Assembly (NCBI GenBank): GCA_964016885.1
Contig: OZ024740.1
Span: 107,198,001-107,262,000 of the forward strand
Reading direction: 5' to 3'
Source: Eledone cirrhosa
Lineage: Eukaryota
DNA length: 64,000 bases
Both the position numbers and the translations under genes were made by a program. A model generated the notes under the pieces. It saw nothing but the letters and a program-made list of their open reading frames with translations. It was not told the DNA's origin and searched no databases. Positions 28,296 through 41,834 of the stretch are shown piece after piece (the first letter of the stretch is position 1; each line of letters opens with the position of its first letter).

Positions 28296-28895
28296 GTTTG
28301 GAAAAATAAAATAATAAAAAATAAAAAAAAATCAATAAAAAGGTAATTGCTAGAAATGTGATACGGTGAAGTGATAGTGGTAATAGCACCTACTTTATCA
28401 CTATGTAAAACCACAATTGTAACTACGTTGGAATAAGAATAATACTTGTGTGCGTACCCCTCGTTAATTTGTTTGAACTTCTAGTCATGCTTCTTGAGCA
28501 ACGAAGCTTTCAGTGCCAAAGTATTTTAAGCTAACGCCATTACAGCTTTTTTTGTACTACCATAACTTTCTGTAGAACGAAACAAACTAACTCATTGTTT
28601 GTTTGTCAACACTTGTGATGTACGCCTTAGTCACTCTTACTATCTTCTTTGCATGACAATAGTGAGAATTGTCGGGCTTTCTTTTTTTTTTATTGTTTTG
28701 TTTTGATTTATATTTTGTTGCTTTCTTTTGGCTGACAGTCACCGTTTTCCTATTTCAACAACCAAACTAATCTGGTAATTTTGCTGAGATTCACCTTACT
28801 CTTGTACTATTAACACATTAATGTGAAGTAAAAATTGAAATACCCAATTGATATATATAGAGTGGCATCAATGCTGGACATGAGGCTACCACAAA

Positions 28896-29279
28896 TAGAG
28901 CTAGATTGAGCAGCTTGGGGCCCTAGGCTAGGGAATATTTAGTGGGGCCCCAGCACCTGCTCAAATTTTGAGCCTCAAAAGAAACTTAATGAAAATTAAA
29001 TGTGCATAAATGTAGTCCTACACACAAAGTTGGCACTTCAGGTGGGGGGGGGGGGCTCATACAAAAAAAAGAATACACAGCACCCCACCCCCCAATTTTA
29101 TATATCAAAGTTAGCTTGGCGCAAGTAATTGGAATTGAAACGTTATGCATACAGGTATTAAATTCAAAAATAATAACCATCCTAAAAAGCCCAGGTCACA
29201 AATAAATAACTACGGCCGTTGCTGGTGGGGCTCCCACTGCAGAGCAATTGCCCCCTTTTCTCCTATTAAATCCGGCCCT
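28896..29279. mobile_element. hAT-like MITE
   Basis: The left end TAGAGCTAGATTGAG resembles the reverse complement of the right end, TAGGGCCGGATTTAA. The right half is homologous to 6795-7003. No clean TSD. Confidence 0.5.
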
Positions 29280-29280
29280 A

Positions 29281-30848
29281 CCTACACATAGAACTATGTT
29301 AAGATTCCATGCTGAGCTCAGATGTAGTCCTACACATAGAACTATGTTGAGATTCCAATATTGATCCATACCAACTTCAAATGTAGTCCGATACATAGAA
29401 CTATGTTGAGATTCCATGCTGAGCTCAGATGTAGACCTACACATAGAACTATGTTGAGATTCCATGCTAAGCTCAGATGTAGTCCTACACATAGAACTAT
29501 GTTGAGATTCCAATATTGATCCATACCAACTTCAAATGTAGTCCGATACATAGAACTATGTTAAGATTCCATGCTGAACTCAAATATAGATCTACACATA
29601 GAACTATGTTGAGATTCCATGCTGAGCTCAGATGTAGACCTATACATAGAACTATGTTAAGATTCCATGCTGAACTCAAATATAGATCTACACATAGAAC
29701 TATGTTGAGATTCCATGCTGAGCTCAGATGTAGACCTACACATAGAACTATGTTAAGATTCCATGCTGAACTCAGATGTAGACCTACACATAGAACTATG
29801 TTGAGATTCCATGCTGAGCTCAAATATAGTCCTACACATAGAACTATGTTGAGATTCCAATATTGCTCCATACCAACTTCAAATATAGTCCTACACATAG
29901 AACTATTTTGAGATTCCATGCTGAGCTCAGATGTAGACCTACACATAGAACTATGTTAAGATTCCATGCTGAACTCAAATATAGACCTACACATAGAACT
30001 ATGTTGAGATTCCATGCTGAACTCAAATATAGTCCTACACATAGAACTATGTTAAGATTCCATGCTGAGCTCAAATATAGTCCTACACATAGAACTATGT
30101 TGAGATTCCATGCTGAGCTCAGATGTAGACCTACACATAGAACTATGTTAAGATTCCATGCTGAACTCAAATATAGTCCTACACATAGAAGTATGTTGAG
30201 ATTCCATGCTGAGCTCAAATATAGTCCTACACATAGAACTATGTTGAGATTCCAATATTGCTCCATACCAACTTCAAATGTAGTCCTACACATAGAACTA
30301 TGTTGAGATTCCATGCTGAGCTCAGATGTAGACCTACACATAGAACTATGTTAAGATTCCATGCTGAACTCAAATATAGTCCTACACATAGAACTATGTT
30401 AAGATTCCATGCTGAACTCAAATATAGTCCTACACATAGAACTATGTTAAGATTCCATGCTGAACTCAAATATAGTCCTACACATAGAACTATGTTAAGA
30501 TTCCATGCTGAGCTCAGATGTAGAGAACTATGTTAAGATTCCATGCTGAACTCAAATATAGTTCTACACATAGAACTATGTTGAGATTCCATGCTGAGCT
30601 CAGATGTAGACCTACACATAGAATTATGTTAAGATTCCATGCTGAACTCAAATATAGTCCTACACATAGAACTATGTTAAGATTCCATGCTGAACTCAAA
30701 TATAGTCCTACACATAGAACTATGTTGAGATTCCATGCTGAGCTCAAATATAGTCCTACACATAGAACTATGTTGAGATTCCAATATTGATCCATACCAA
30801 CTTCAAATGTAGTCCTACAATTCCAGTATTGATCTATGCCAACTTCAA
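29281..30848. repeat. Minisatellite of 48-bp units with interspersed 59-bp variant units (about 31 units)
   Basis: The unit is CTACACATAGAACTATGTT(G/A)AGATTCCATGCTGA(G/A)CTCA(G/A)AT(G/A)TAG(A/T)C. The variant carries AATATTG(A/C)TCCATACCAACTT. Confidence 0.95.
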
Positions 30849-31260
30849 AAACAGAGGTGACGCCCTAAAAAAAATAATAAATCCATTTGTAGCGGATAAA
30901 TGTTATTCTTTGATGGGTATTTGATGAAAAGAATAATGCCATGATTGTGTTGTTGTCAATGTTTATTTTACAATAACAATATGTGACCGAATTTATCGCA
31001 TCATTTATTTTCTGGCTAGCGTGCATGCATGTATGTATTAATACGACGTTATATGACAGGGAGACGGAAGAATAGATAGTCTGTCTGTGATAGTGGACGT
31101 CTTTCACATCGGCTCCTCGATTTTGGATTACTACTTTGTTATTTGTGAGTGTGTTATTTGAATTTTGTTATTATTGTTGACTCTAACCCCTCGTCTGGGA
31201 CTGTAGACGTAGGGTAAATATATTTTCGCCCCCTTTTGGGGTGAAAATCTTTAATTTAAA

Positions 31261-33035
31261 ATGTTTATTGATATCGTTAAAAACGAGGAAGCCATATTGC
31301 AAGCTAACGCCACGCCCACCAAAAAAAGCGAGAAAGAGGGAACAACAATTCAAACTGTTGAACTACCCCTCCTCTCGAATGGAAAAAACACTGTTAATTT
31401 GAGTGAAAACCCAAATTTTGAAAAAGATAACAGGGAAAAAAATACCACAAAATGGAATTAATAAAACCAACAACATTGCCACAACAAACAACAATGAACG
31501 AAACGAAAACAACAAAGACAGCAAAATTTCTTTTGCCCAAACGGCCAAAAAAACGATCGAATACAAACCCATAGACATTACTAACGCTAAGTAAAACTTA
31601 CTAAATGCCAGAAAATACGTATCTTTTGGGGAGGATGGTTCTTTTACGATCAACTCCCCAGAAGAACTTCGTCAACAGGCATATAGGAATACGATAACTT
31701 TCAAGACTATATCCAACGCAACAAGAAAACCAGCTCAATTGACAGAAAGTCAAATTGAGCTGGTTCTGAAAGACATTATAAAGGGCATACTCTTTATTGA
31801 AAGAGGAAAGCTTTATGCCAGCATTATGTCCGAATGAAGGACCAAATGCTGGCTCGAAAATGCTCGGTGGCACCTATAGTGTCACCACAATACACCTTCT
31901 TCCCCACATATAAAGGAAGAAGAACACAAAGATTAAGAATGTGGAGCTCAACGCCAGAAGTAGACATCTGGTCCGTCCTGACAGGATTCACGGACCTAGA
32001 AAAGGATATTCTAGTATCAGCAGGTGAGTCCACCAGTGGACTGTTCGGGGGGAAAAGTCTGGAGGTTCTCATACAGATGACACCAGAGAGAATCGCCGGA
32101 ATACCCGACCGAGTACTACTGGATGGTGGAACTTTCATTAATATTACGGTGGAAGGCAGGAGGTCCTCATGTTACCACTGCGCTGGCAGAGGTCACCTGA
32201 GGACTGCCTGCCCTCTACTAACAACAAAAATACCACTGCTACAAACACTACAACAAAAACAACCAACAACACCACCACCACAAAAACAACAAAATACACC
32301 ACCACCACCACTACCACAACGACAACAAAAACAAACAACACCACCTCCATCACCACCACCACAACAACAAAAACAAAAGACCACGAAACAAATCACAGTC
32401 ACACACACCCACCCCACACAGAAAACAATCAAAAATACACACACCAACACAACACTACCACAAAATATTCCCCTACCCCCGAACACGGACGAAAACCTCC
32501 TTACAGCGGAGCATAGCGAAGATGAAGGAGAGCCGTTCCGACCAGTAAAAAGGAAAAAAGGAAACATACCACTAACAGAAACCAAACAAACACAGAAGAA
32601 ACCAACACAACACAAAGCACCCCTCCCTATTACACAACACTAACAGTGTCACATAAAAAAACATTACAGTACACTTACATCAACAAACAAAACAAAAAAC
32701 TGCTCAATATAATAAACAGCAACCCTTCGGTGCAAACCGAAGGGCCAAATTTTAAGACAGTGGATGACTCTCCACACCTCAAAATAATAAAGGTCCCCAT
32801 GAACCTTTATCAAACTTTAAAAAACGTTTATAAAGAGGACGTGCCCCCCCCCTGTAACAAACCGTTTAACCGCGTCCTCTTAAAAGGTTATCCACCCCCC
32901 TCCTCAGACACCCACACAACTCCAAATACCCCACCCCCACCACACACTAATACCCCCACCCCCACCCCCACCAACAACCCCTCCACCACCCCCATGAAAA
33001 CTGAACAACCCGGACCCCGGGACGCAGAGAGGTAA
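31261..33035 (+). pseudogene. Tx1 ORF1 (gag-like, CCHC knuckle, Pro/Gln/Thr-rich tail), disrupted
   Basis: Fragments ISFAQTAKK and ITVEGRRSSCYHCAGRGHLRTACP, broken by stops and frameshifts. Confidence 0.7.
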
Positions 33036-33058
33036 GTGCCTCTTTCTTTACCACCAAC

Positions 33059-36000
33059 ATGGCTGTCTTAAGAGTAGGTGGCCTGGGCTCACCTTGGAAG
33101 CAAGCTAAACTTCTAAATGACCTCAGGTCACGATGTATAAATGTGATGGTTATTTGCGAGGCCCGGATCAGTAGCGTGCGACAACTAGCCCCCACCTTTG
33201 ATGACTTTGAGATGCACGCATCTCTCTGTCAGTCCGGAGGTGGGGGTGGGGTTGTCGTTCTGCTGCAAAAACATCTGGGTCTCGCTACACAGACGGTACA
33301 CTTGGACCCGGAGGGTCGACTAGTGGTTCTGGACTTTGGCAGTGGTGAAGGCGAAGCTTTTAGGCTGGTCGCCGTTTACGCCCCTTTAGGGCCAATGCGG
33401 TCGGACTTCTTCCATCGTCTGGAGACTTTTAGTGGGGGACTGGAATGGTATCCTAGATGCACGTTGGGACTATGTAGGGGCATGTCCCGATAGAGGGGGT
33501 GTAACAACCTCAAGGGGTTAATCGGCCGATTTGACCTGGCCGATAGATATCGACTAGATTTTCCGACAGTGCCAACCTGGACTTGGACAAATCACAGCGG
33601 TTAATCTAGATCGTACCTAGATAGGTTCTTAGTTAGAATTAAGGATAGGGACTTTTTAAGTTGTCCAGAAATGCTCATGGTTGGCTATTCAGACCACAAG
33701 TTAGTGACCTGTATAGTCCACCTTGATAGAACGCATAGACAGGGACCCGTTTACTGGAAGCTCAACTTGTCCTTACCGGCAAGTAGAGCTTACAGGGACC
33801 GGACTAGAACCTTAGTTAAGGAGCGGTTGACGGGCGCCATCGTCAACAGCAGGTGGTAGGGCTCTCTGAAAAGACAGATTAGAGTATTTTCAATAGGAGT
33901 TATTAAGGAGTTTGCCTCAGATAGAAATAGGAAGGAAAGGCAGTTGGTAGGTAATGTTGAAGAGGCAATGAGAAGCGGAAACGTGGCCAGAGTGCAAGCG
34001 TCGAGAACGGCCTTGAGCCAGTTCTTCGACGCGAAACACGAAGGCTGCGTTGTCCGAAGCAAAATACGTGCTCTAGGAAACGAGGGGACCAAAGCTGTTA
34101 GCTGGGTCCGCGTGACAGAAGCCAAAAGTGGGATTAGATCCACTATCCGGTCTTTGCGAGACCAGGATGGACGGGTGATCCTTGAACCTAGGAAATGTGC
34201 GAGGCCTTTCAAAGGCACTTTGCCCGATTGTTCGGGAGGGGCGGGGGCCGGTTGGGGATGTGGATTTCGGTCCATACCTCGACGGCCTGCCGCGTCTTTC
34301 GGACAAGGAGGGGAGGTCCTGCGACAGGCCGATCTCAGTTGCTGAAATAGAGGACGTGCTAAACCTATGCAGCAAACGCAAACCTCCAGGCCTCGATGGT
34401 CTGCCCTACGAACTATATATTGATATGCCAGACTTGTTCCCCGATCTCCTCGAGGCGGTCTACTGCAACAGAACGGGAGAATTCCCTGTTCTGTGACCAA
34501 GAGCGTAGTCTCGCTAGTGAGGAAGGACGAGAACAAGGGGGATGACATTAGTAATTTTAGGCCCATAACTCTGCTAAATGCAGAGTTAAAGATTTTGGCC
34601 AAGGTGTTAGCGAAGAGGTTGGCGCTTGTCGTGGGGGGGGGGGGGGAGATGCGCAGACATGTGCTATCCCGTCCAGGTCCATCCACGACAACCTCCACCT
34701 CATGCGATACATCATAGAGAGGGTTGGGAACGAACCCGGCTTTGGTGGGGCTCTGATAAATTTAGATCAGTCTAAAGCTTTCGATAGGGTGGACCATGGT
34801 TACCTGGATGCGGTGCTAGCGGCGGCTGGTTTCGGACCCGTTTTCAGGGACTGAATCACTGCCATGCATAGCAGCCGCATCTGCTCTAGGGTCAAGGTGA
34901 ACGGCTACCTCTCGGAGCCGTTCGAAATCGCCCGCTCCATCCGACAGGAGTGCCATCTCTCCTCCCTTCTGTATGTATTGGCTCTCGAGCCACTACTGCG
35001 GAAGTTGGAGTTGTTGCAGGGCATCCCTTTGGAACCGGGATTGCGTAAAGCGGTGTCGGCCTACGCCGATGACGTAACAGTAATGGTGTCGACCACCGCG
35101 GAAATCGGGGCAATCGGCACCTTACTGGGGGAGTACGAAAGGTTGACAGGGGCTAAGCTGAACCGGGACAAGTCAGTCGCTTTGCAACTCGGCGAGTGAA
35201 GGGGCAAACCGATGTCGTCCGACGATATCGTCGTACGGTGGATGGAAGGCCCGGTGAAGTTGCTTGGGGTCTGGTTCGAACCGTACCTCCAGGTGTAGAA
35301 AAACTGGGGTGAGGTGACGAATAGGGTGTTTGCACTGACCCAGAAGTGGGCCGAGTGCAAACTATCCCTGAAAGGTCGGGCGGAGGTGGCGAACGCTTAC
35401 ATAGCGTCCGTCATCTATTACCGCTTGACTGTCGTGCCTTGCCCGGGTGAGGTCCTCGCCAAAATGGAGCGCGCTCTCTTTCACTTCCTTTGGAAGAAGA
35501 GGTCTCCTCTGGTGAGGAGATCCATCTGCTGTCAACACCCTTTGAAAGGAGGGCTGGGGATGTCGTGGCTAAAAATGCGTAAACACGCATTGAGGCTACG
35601 GCACCTCCAGGTATTCCTCACCGGTCAACCGGTGTGGGCCCCGTTTGTGAGGCGAGCCTTATTGAGGCTCGTCTCGCTCACCAAGCTGCAGTCCTGGGTG
35701 AAGCAAAGACCGAGAAAACTGGGCGACTGGCACACCGCGTGTGCCCAGTCTCTCACGGCTCTCTGGCTGGCGGACCCGGCTGTCAGTGGAGAATCCACCT
35801 CGTCATTCTATAGAGGGCTGGTGGTTAGCAGGTGCGACGACGCCTTCGGAGAAACCCTAGGCATGGAGGAGGACGAACTGGCCAGCCTATTCGGTAGGAC
35901 TTTCGGCCCGGGACCTATGGACAACTTCCAGAAGTCCTTGGCCTGGCAGTGCTACCGAGGGGCTCTGTCCGTTCGGGATAAGCTCTACAGACACAGGCGC

Positions 36001-36444
36001 CCAGGTAGGGACCCCTCGAAAAAGATCTATCCCAGATGCGTGCGCGACGAGGAAACCGTCGCGCACGCATTGATACACTGCCCGGGCGTTGCCGATCTGT
36101 GGAGCTATGTCGAACAACTGCCGTCACGGGTGGGACCAATTAGGTTGACCACCGAGTCCATTGTAACGATCAAGCCGCCTCCCCACTTCAAAAATGAAGG
36201 AGAGGCGGTCTTCCTCTGTGTAATAGCCATGGTAAAAGAGGTATTGTGGACGCGTCTAAAAGGGCTGAGGTCGAACACCTTTCTTTCCGGTCAACAACTG
36301 GTCCTTTTCCTCAGATACCATTTCGGAAGAAGGATCGGGATGGAGAGAGAGGTGCTCCACCCCATCCAGTTTTATGAAAGTTGCCAGAATGGCCCGTGTG
36401 AATGGGCCTTCTCTCTACCTCAGCCTGTAGGTGGAAAAGGATGA
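33059..36444 (+). pseudogene. Tx1 ORF2 (APE-RT), disrupted
   Basis: Colinear ORF pieces at 33059, 33671, 33944, 34182, 34493, 34864 and 35314. Confidence 0.85.
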
Positions 36445-36727
36445 AGGAAGAAGGGAGCACCCTCTCTTTGTGCTCCCGCGGAGAAGGGTCCCACATTTTT
36501 TTTCGGGAGTGGGTGTGACCCCAAAACGATCCCTCCCTATTGAGGACCTTTTTGTTATAATTCTTTTTATTTATTACATTTTTTTACTCGATGTCTATGT
36601 AAACTCCCCCCCCCCCCCATGTATGTGTCCCTTTCTTTTGTGCCCTGGTGGCAAATAAACAGAAATCTGTCTGTCCGTCCGTCCGTCCGTCCGTCCGTCC
36701 GTCCGTCCGTCCGTGCGTTCTTAGTAT

Positions 36728-37127
36728 ATGTTATTCGTCTCAGGGACTGCTGCTTCATGTCTGGCTGTGTCTGTGGCCGAGAAGGTGAGAGCCAGTAAGG
36801 GCCATAAAAGAGAAAGAGTAAAAGGTCTGCTACATCGTTAACTTTAACACGGACTGCTGCTTCGGTCTCTCTGGCTGCTGGAGTCCGTGTATTTATAATA
36901 ATGCTATAGTTAGAAGGATGTGTATATGAGGTTGATTTATGATCAGCCATGTGGATATCGTCTCCCAGGAAGCTGGGGTCACAGGTCAAGTGGTAAGTAC
37001 ATTTATCATCGTTGACTTGACAGGACAATGGTGGGAACCTTTCAATAATGCGTGGTCCCAGAGGCGAGAAACTTCAGATTAGGTTTCGAATCTTCGCCGA
37101 TAAAACATAGGAGTATTCCGTTATACA
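36728..37127 (-). repeat. Interspersed repeat, possibly a solo LTR; diverged copy at about 45245-45578
   Basis: Shared blocks GACTGCTGCTTCG, GTATTTATAATAA (TATAAATA on the minus strand), GGGGTCACAGGTCAA, GTTTCGAATCTTCGCCG and ATAGGAGTATTCC. Confidence 0.55.
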
Positions 37128-37145
37128 TTTATTAAGGATAATAAT

Positions 37146-37329
37146 TGTTTCTACTTTAGGCACAAGGCCAGCAATTACCCAGTGCATTTCTGGTACTTTA
37201 TTTTATCGACCCCGTAAGGATGAAAGGCAAAGTCAACCTCGGCGGGATTTGAACTCAGACCGTAAAGGGACGTAACTATGCTGGAAAGCATGGCGTCCGA
37301 CCCTCTACTGATACTGCCAATCCACCTTC
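37146..37329 (-). mobile_element. Full-length family A SINE with 17-bp TSD
   Basis: TTATTAAGGATAATAAT occurs at 37129-37145 and 37330-37346. The body is nearly identical to 40884-41075. Confidence 0.9.
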
Positions 37330-37904
37330 TTATTAAGGATAATAATATTCTGAATTTTGACTAAAATGTTGTGTTTCAGAGCCATATTGCTCTACGCGTT
37401 AAAGCAATCTGGGAGTTTAGTTTACGGGTTAAAGCAATAAACGGTCTTATTTACATATGTAATTACAGACTAAATGTTATCCCTTAACTGGCTGAATTTG
37501 TTACTGTTGTTTATCCCAGAAAGTACAATCTGTCTCTTCCCTCTGCTATGTGGTCAGTTATTCTAGCCACACAAACCCACTTCAATCAAGGTTAGTAGAA
37601 TTCACTACTTTTAGATTCTATGTTCACTCACACAGTCCAACCAGCTTAGCACACCACAATTATACGTGTACCTTTATCTTTATTCAGTACTGCGCATGAT
37701 TTGGGAGTAAACTATGCAACCGTTAAAACATATAAAAATTAACGGTGTTTTTTTTTTTATTTGTAATTCCGTAGCAATGTGAGTGGGAGAAATTGTTTAA
37801 ACAACTAAATTTTTAAAATAAATTAAAAAAAAATTGTCATTTTCACTCAGGGAAATTACCGGAAGTTGTCTGTGAACTTAAGACGAACAATTTTCGGAAT
37901 AAAT

Positions 37905-38671
37905 CACCTTTACACAATGCAACAATGGATCTCAGACTGGCAACTCAAGCTAGCTGTGGACAAGTGCACCACAATGCATTTTGGGAGTAAAACCCCAGCG
38001 TCCACATACTCCCTCCACAGCACTAATATCAAGAAGTCTTCTTGTGAACGTGACCTGGGCATTACGGTCAGCAGCGATTTGCGTTGGACGAAGCACGTCT
38101 CTAAAATTGTCAAGAGGGCCGAGGGTGTCTTAGCATCACTCAGCAAGACCTTTTGTCAGCCGCTCTCCAGCCATCTATTTAAGGCTGTTCATGGCTATGG
38201 TGCGGCCACACTTAGAATTTGCATCACCAGTCTGGAACCCCTATCTTGCTCAGAACATTGACCTCCTGGAAACTGTTCAGAGACGGCAACCAAGCGAATA
38301 CCCTCCATCAGTCATCTACCATACTCTGAGCGCCTTGCTTCCATAGGCATGGATACATTGAAGCTCCGACGCCTGGCAACTGACTTGGTAAACACCCACA
38401 AAATTATTAACCATCTTGCCAACAACAACCCTGAGCACCTTTTTGATTTCCATGTGTCTAACACACGTGGGCATGCTCACAAAGTCAGAAAACAGCACAG
38501 CTCCCATGACTTTCGGAAACATTTTTTCACGCTCAGAGTTGCTGAAGCATGGAACAAACTACCTGCATCAGTTGTTAGCTGTCGAGATACTGCATCCTTT
38601 AAAACCTCCATGCTCCTCGAGATTCACCAATACTACACCTAATGTTCCCCCTCCATACACATACACACATG
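37905..38671 (+). mobile_element. CR1-clade LINE 3' fragment; 3' UTR appears to resume at 40763-40880
   Basis: WQLKLAVDKCTTMHFG, ERDLG, RPHLEFASPVWNP, YSERL, RRLATDL and TRGH...FFTLRVAEAWNKLP. Confidence 0.85.
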
Positions 38672-40762
38672 TGTAGCGGTTGTCTCCCTTGTTTTGATTG
38701 GGATCTAGACGGGAAGTGGAACCCTTTCTGCAACTTCCGGTCAGAGCCCTATAAAACTAACAACGTTAAGCTTCCTTCCTCTCTCTTTGCCTTTTCGGCA
38801 CCAGGTCAAGAGTCTTCTCATTTGGCTCTGCCATTAATTTGGCCAACAGGCGCCTGGCCTTAGCCAGGGGCCCTCTGCCAGCCGCGTTTGCCTGGCAATC
38901 AAAACGGTAACTACTAACTTTGTTTCATTCTAACATCTATCTTTGACATGTCAAGTATTCTATCTACCGTTAATTAAATATTATATACACAAACATTGTC
39001 TCGTTTTGTTACATTCCTACAACCAGTATCATCGCTATATTGGTAACCCTGACGTGATACGAACACGCAGCCGTTCATCGCTATAAGGGTCACCCCCCCA
39101 AAAAAAGAAAAAAATAGCACATCTGGTTTTGTGAGTAACATTACGAATACACAGCAAATTTAGCGACAAACTATGAAAATACTCAAGGACACGCACACAC
39201 GCACATGTGGAATTCGCACAGACATACTTTTTCTCTCACGCATCAATTAACTGTCGCATTTCACCAATATATATATATATGTTTCTCGTTTCTTACAACG
39301 AACACTTTCAAAACAAAAAAAAACATTTCACGATATATATATATGTTTCTCGTTTCTTACAACGAACTCTTTCAAAACACAAAAAAAAAAAAGAAATTTG
39401 ATATTCTTTAAAAAACATTTCAACAGGAACATTTATTTTCGATGAACCATTGCCTTTTGTTCATCGTTTTCTTCATCGTTCTAGTTTTTTGTTTTTTTCC
39501 AGAGTTCACACCAATAATTATGCTGAGTGAAGCCTTTCTTTTTCATCATTGTCACTTACAAAATTGCACTATCATTTTCTCGCGCGTTAGAAATATTTTT
39601 TTTCAACCTTGTATTGGCACGTGTAGGCAGCATAAATTCTCGATTCACTGAGATGTCTCTACTCACAGACAGCCGCACGCCAGAGATAGCATTTCTCCCC
39701 CAAGGATTCTTCAGCCTTAAGCTATATTCTTCTATTTGCCGGTTTATAAATTTACAATGTAAATTTACAGTTGATAACCGCGCATTTATTAAGAATGCTT
39801 ATTTCTCTGGTCGCTGGCCTCTTGACCCTTCCAGGTCAACGCATTCTCAACATCGACCATCAACTTCGGCTACTATTTCTAGCACTTTGCGCAACTCATT
39901 TTTTCTAAAAAAAAATTTTTTACTGTGAATTTAAACACCGAATACGCTCACTCAGCGAGACAACAGCAGCAGCAACAGCAATACATCAATACAGCTTCAC
40001 CAAAGCCAGAGAATTCATTTTTGCAGCACTCTTCCTGTGAGAAAATCCATTCGGAGGTTGGAAATTTCACGATATACCACAGAACAGAAACCACCTGCAT
40101 TCATTCTCTGGAACACACTTTCTTTCCTGCTGTCATGTGATTGCACACCTGTGAACTATATTTTGAACTTTGAGCTCTTCTATTACTTTTACTTTATTAC
40201 ATTGTGTCTTTGGGTGATGGATAGATGGATGTCCAGTCGTTCTCTGGCCAAGAGCGGTTGGTTACCTTGATATCTATCATTGATTTTTCCAGACATTCTT
40301 TTGTCGTAATTTCCATGCCTGTTACAACATTCTCGCCAACTTGCTACATATTTTCATTTCGATTTTTATACACTAAAATTCTGGCGGGAGGTTATGTAGC
40401 GGTTGTCTCCCTTGTTTTGATTGGGATCTAGACGGGAAGTGGAACCCTTTCTGCAACTTCCGGTCAGAGCCCTATAAAACTAACAACGTTAAGCTTCCTT
40501 CCTCTCTCTTTGCCTTTTCGGCACCAGGTCAAGAGTCTTCTCATTTGGCTCTACCATTAATTTGGCCAACAGGCGCCTGGCCTTAGCCAGGGGCCCTCTG
40601 CCAGCCGCGTTTGCCTGGCAATCAAAACGGTAACTACTAACTTTGTTTCATTCTAACATCTATCTTTGACATGTCAAGTATTCTATCTACCGTTAATTAA
40701 ATATTATATACACAAACATTGTCTCGTTTTGTTACATTCATACAACCAGTAATCTCGCTATA
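38672..40762 (+). mobile_element. Non-autonomous LTR retrotransposon (368-bp LTRs, tRNA-Trp PBS, CATG TSD)
   Basis: LTRs at 38672-39039 and 40395-40762 are nearly identical. PBS TGGTAACCCTGACGTGAT at 39041. Purine-rich GGCGGGAGG precedes the 3' LTR. CATG flanks at 38668-38671 and 40763-40766. No recognisable ORF. Confidence 0.9.
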
Positions 40763-40883
40763 CATGTATATCATGACTCATACACTATTCACTACCCTGA
40801 CATTTGTATATTATTCTATGTACTATACATGCACCTTTGACGAATTGTAATGCACCTGAGTACTTTACACAATAATTTCATTA

Positions 40884-41075
40884 GGGCGGTGGATTGGCAG
40901 TATCGGTAGAGGGTCGGACGCCATGCTTTCCAGCATAGTTACGTCCCTTTACGATCTGAGTTCAAATCCCGCCGAGGTTGACTTTGCCTTTCATCCTTAC
41001 GGGGTCGATGAAATAAAGTACCAGTAACGCACTGGGTAATTGCTGGCCTTGTGCCTAAAGTAGAAACAATTATTA
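40884..41075 (+). mobile_element. Full-length family A SINE; other copies at about 46756-46885 (-), 51040-51170 (-) and 56640-56830 (+)
   Basis: tRNA-like head (TGGCAGTATCGG A box, GAGTTCAAATCC B box), conserved body and an (ATT)n tail. Confidence 0.9.
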
Positions 41076-41184
41076 TTATTATTACATATTACACTTTACA
41101 TTTCACACCTGTACGGCTTAGATTACCAGAAAATGTTAAGAAAAAAATGTTTACTATAGTAACAGGTGATGTATTGTAAATATT

Positions 41185-41834
41185 GGCATAGGTTAAGAAT
41201 AACGTCCTCGAAATTGAAACTAGGTTTTCTGACAAGTGAATGTGTTTTTTTTTTGTTTTTTTACAATGAAATTTACGATACACTCTTTGTTTATTTACAA
41301 CAGGTCTCTATAGTGATATGGTGTTAATTAGTATTGCGTGTGTGATTATTTTCTCTTATATATATATATATATGTGTGTGGGTGTGTATATGTGTGTATA
41401 TATATGTGTCTGTATGTATATATATATGTGTGTTTGTATATATGTGTTTGTGTCATCATCATCGTTTAGATGTTTTTGTAATATCTTGCCAAAGTTGGCA
41501 CCAACTATAAACAAATTAAGGCCGGGTCATAAGAAGGACAGAGAATGATAAGGGATTTGGGTAAAAACATCTAAACGATGATGATGACACAAACACACAT
41601 ATATATACAAACACACATATATATATACATACAGACACACATATATATACACACATATATATATAAGAGAAAATAATCAGACACGCAATACTAATTAACA
41701 CCATATCACTATAGAGACCTGTTGTAAATAAACAAAGAGTGTATCGTAAATTTCATTGTAAAAAAACAAACAAACACATTCACTTGTCAGAAAACCTAGT
41801 TTCAATTTCGAGGACGTTATTCTTAACCTATGCC
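41185..41834. mobile_element. Foldback MITE with about 280-bp TIRs and a 9-bp TSD (Merlin-like; MULE not excluded)
   Basis: GTAAATATT|GGCATAGGTTAAG...CTTAACCTATGCC|GTAAATATT, with the TSD at 41176-41184 and 41835-41843. Confidence 0.85.

Larger units (their letters stand above)
31089..36665 (+). mobile_element. Full-length degenerate L1/Tx1-clade LINE (ORF1 and ORF2)
   Basis: ORF1 remnants have a zinc knuckle (CYHCAGRGHLRTAC). ORF2 has APE (ICEAR, GGVVVL, LVAVYAP, YLDR, SDHKLV), RT (PGLDGLP, FRPITLLN, LDQSKAFDRVDH, AYADD) and a zf-RVT-like end. AATAAA is at 36654. TCTGTCTGT flanks the element at 31080-31088 and 36666-36674. Confidence 0.85.

Noticed and set aside
29281-30848. CRISPR-like array or repeat-protein ORFs (HRTMLRFHAELRCRPT)n
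   Set aside because: There are no unique spacers and no cas genes, and the context is eukaryotic. The ORFs arise because the 48-bp unit is a multiple of 3.
40884-40975. tRNA gene
   Set aside because: It has A and B boxes but no complete cloverleaf, and it is the head of a multicopy SINE.
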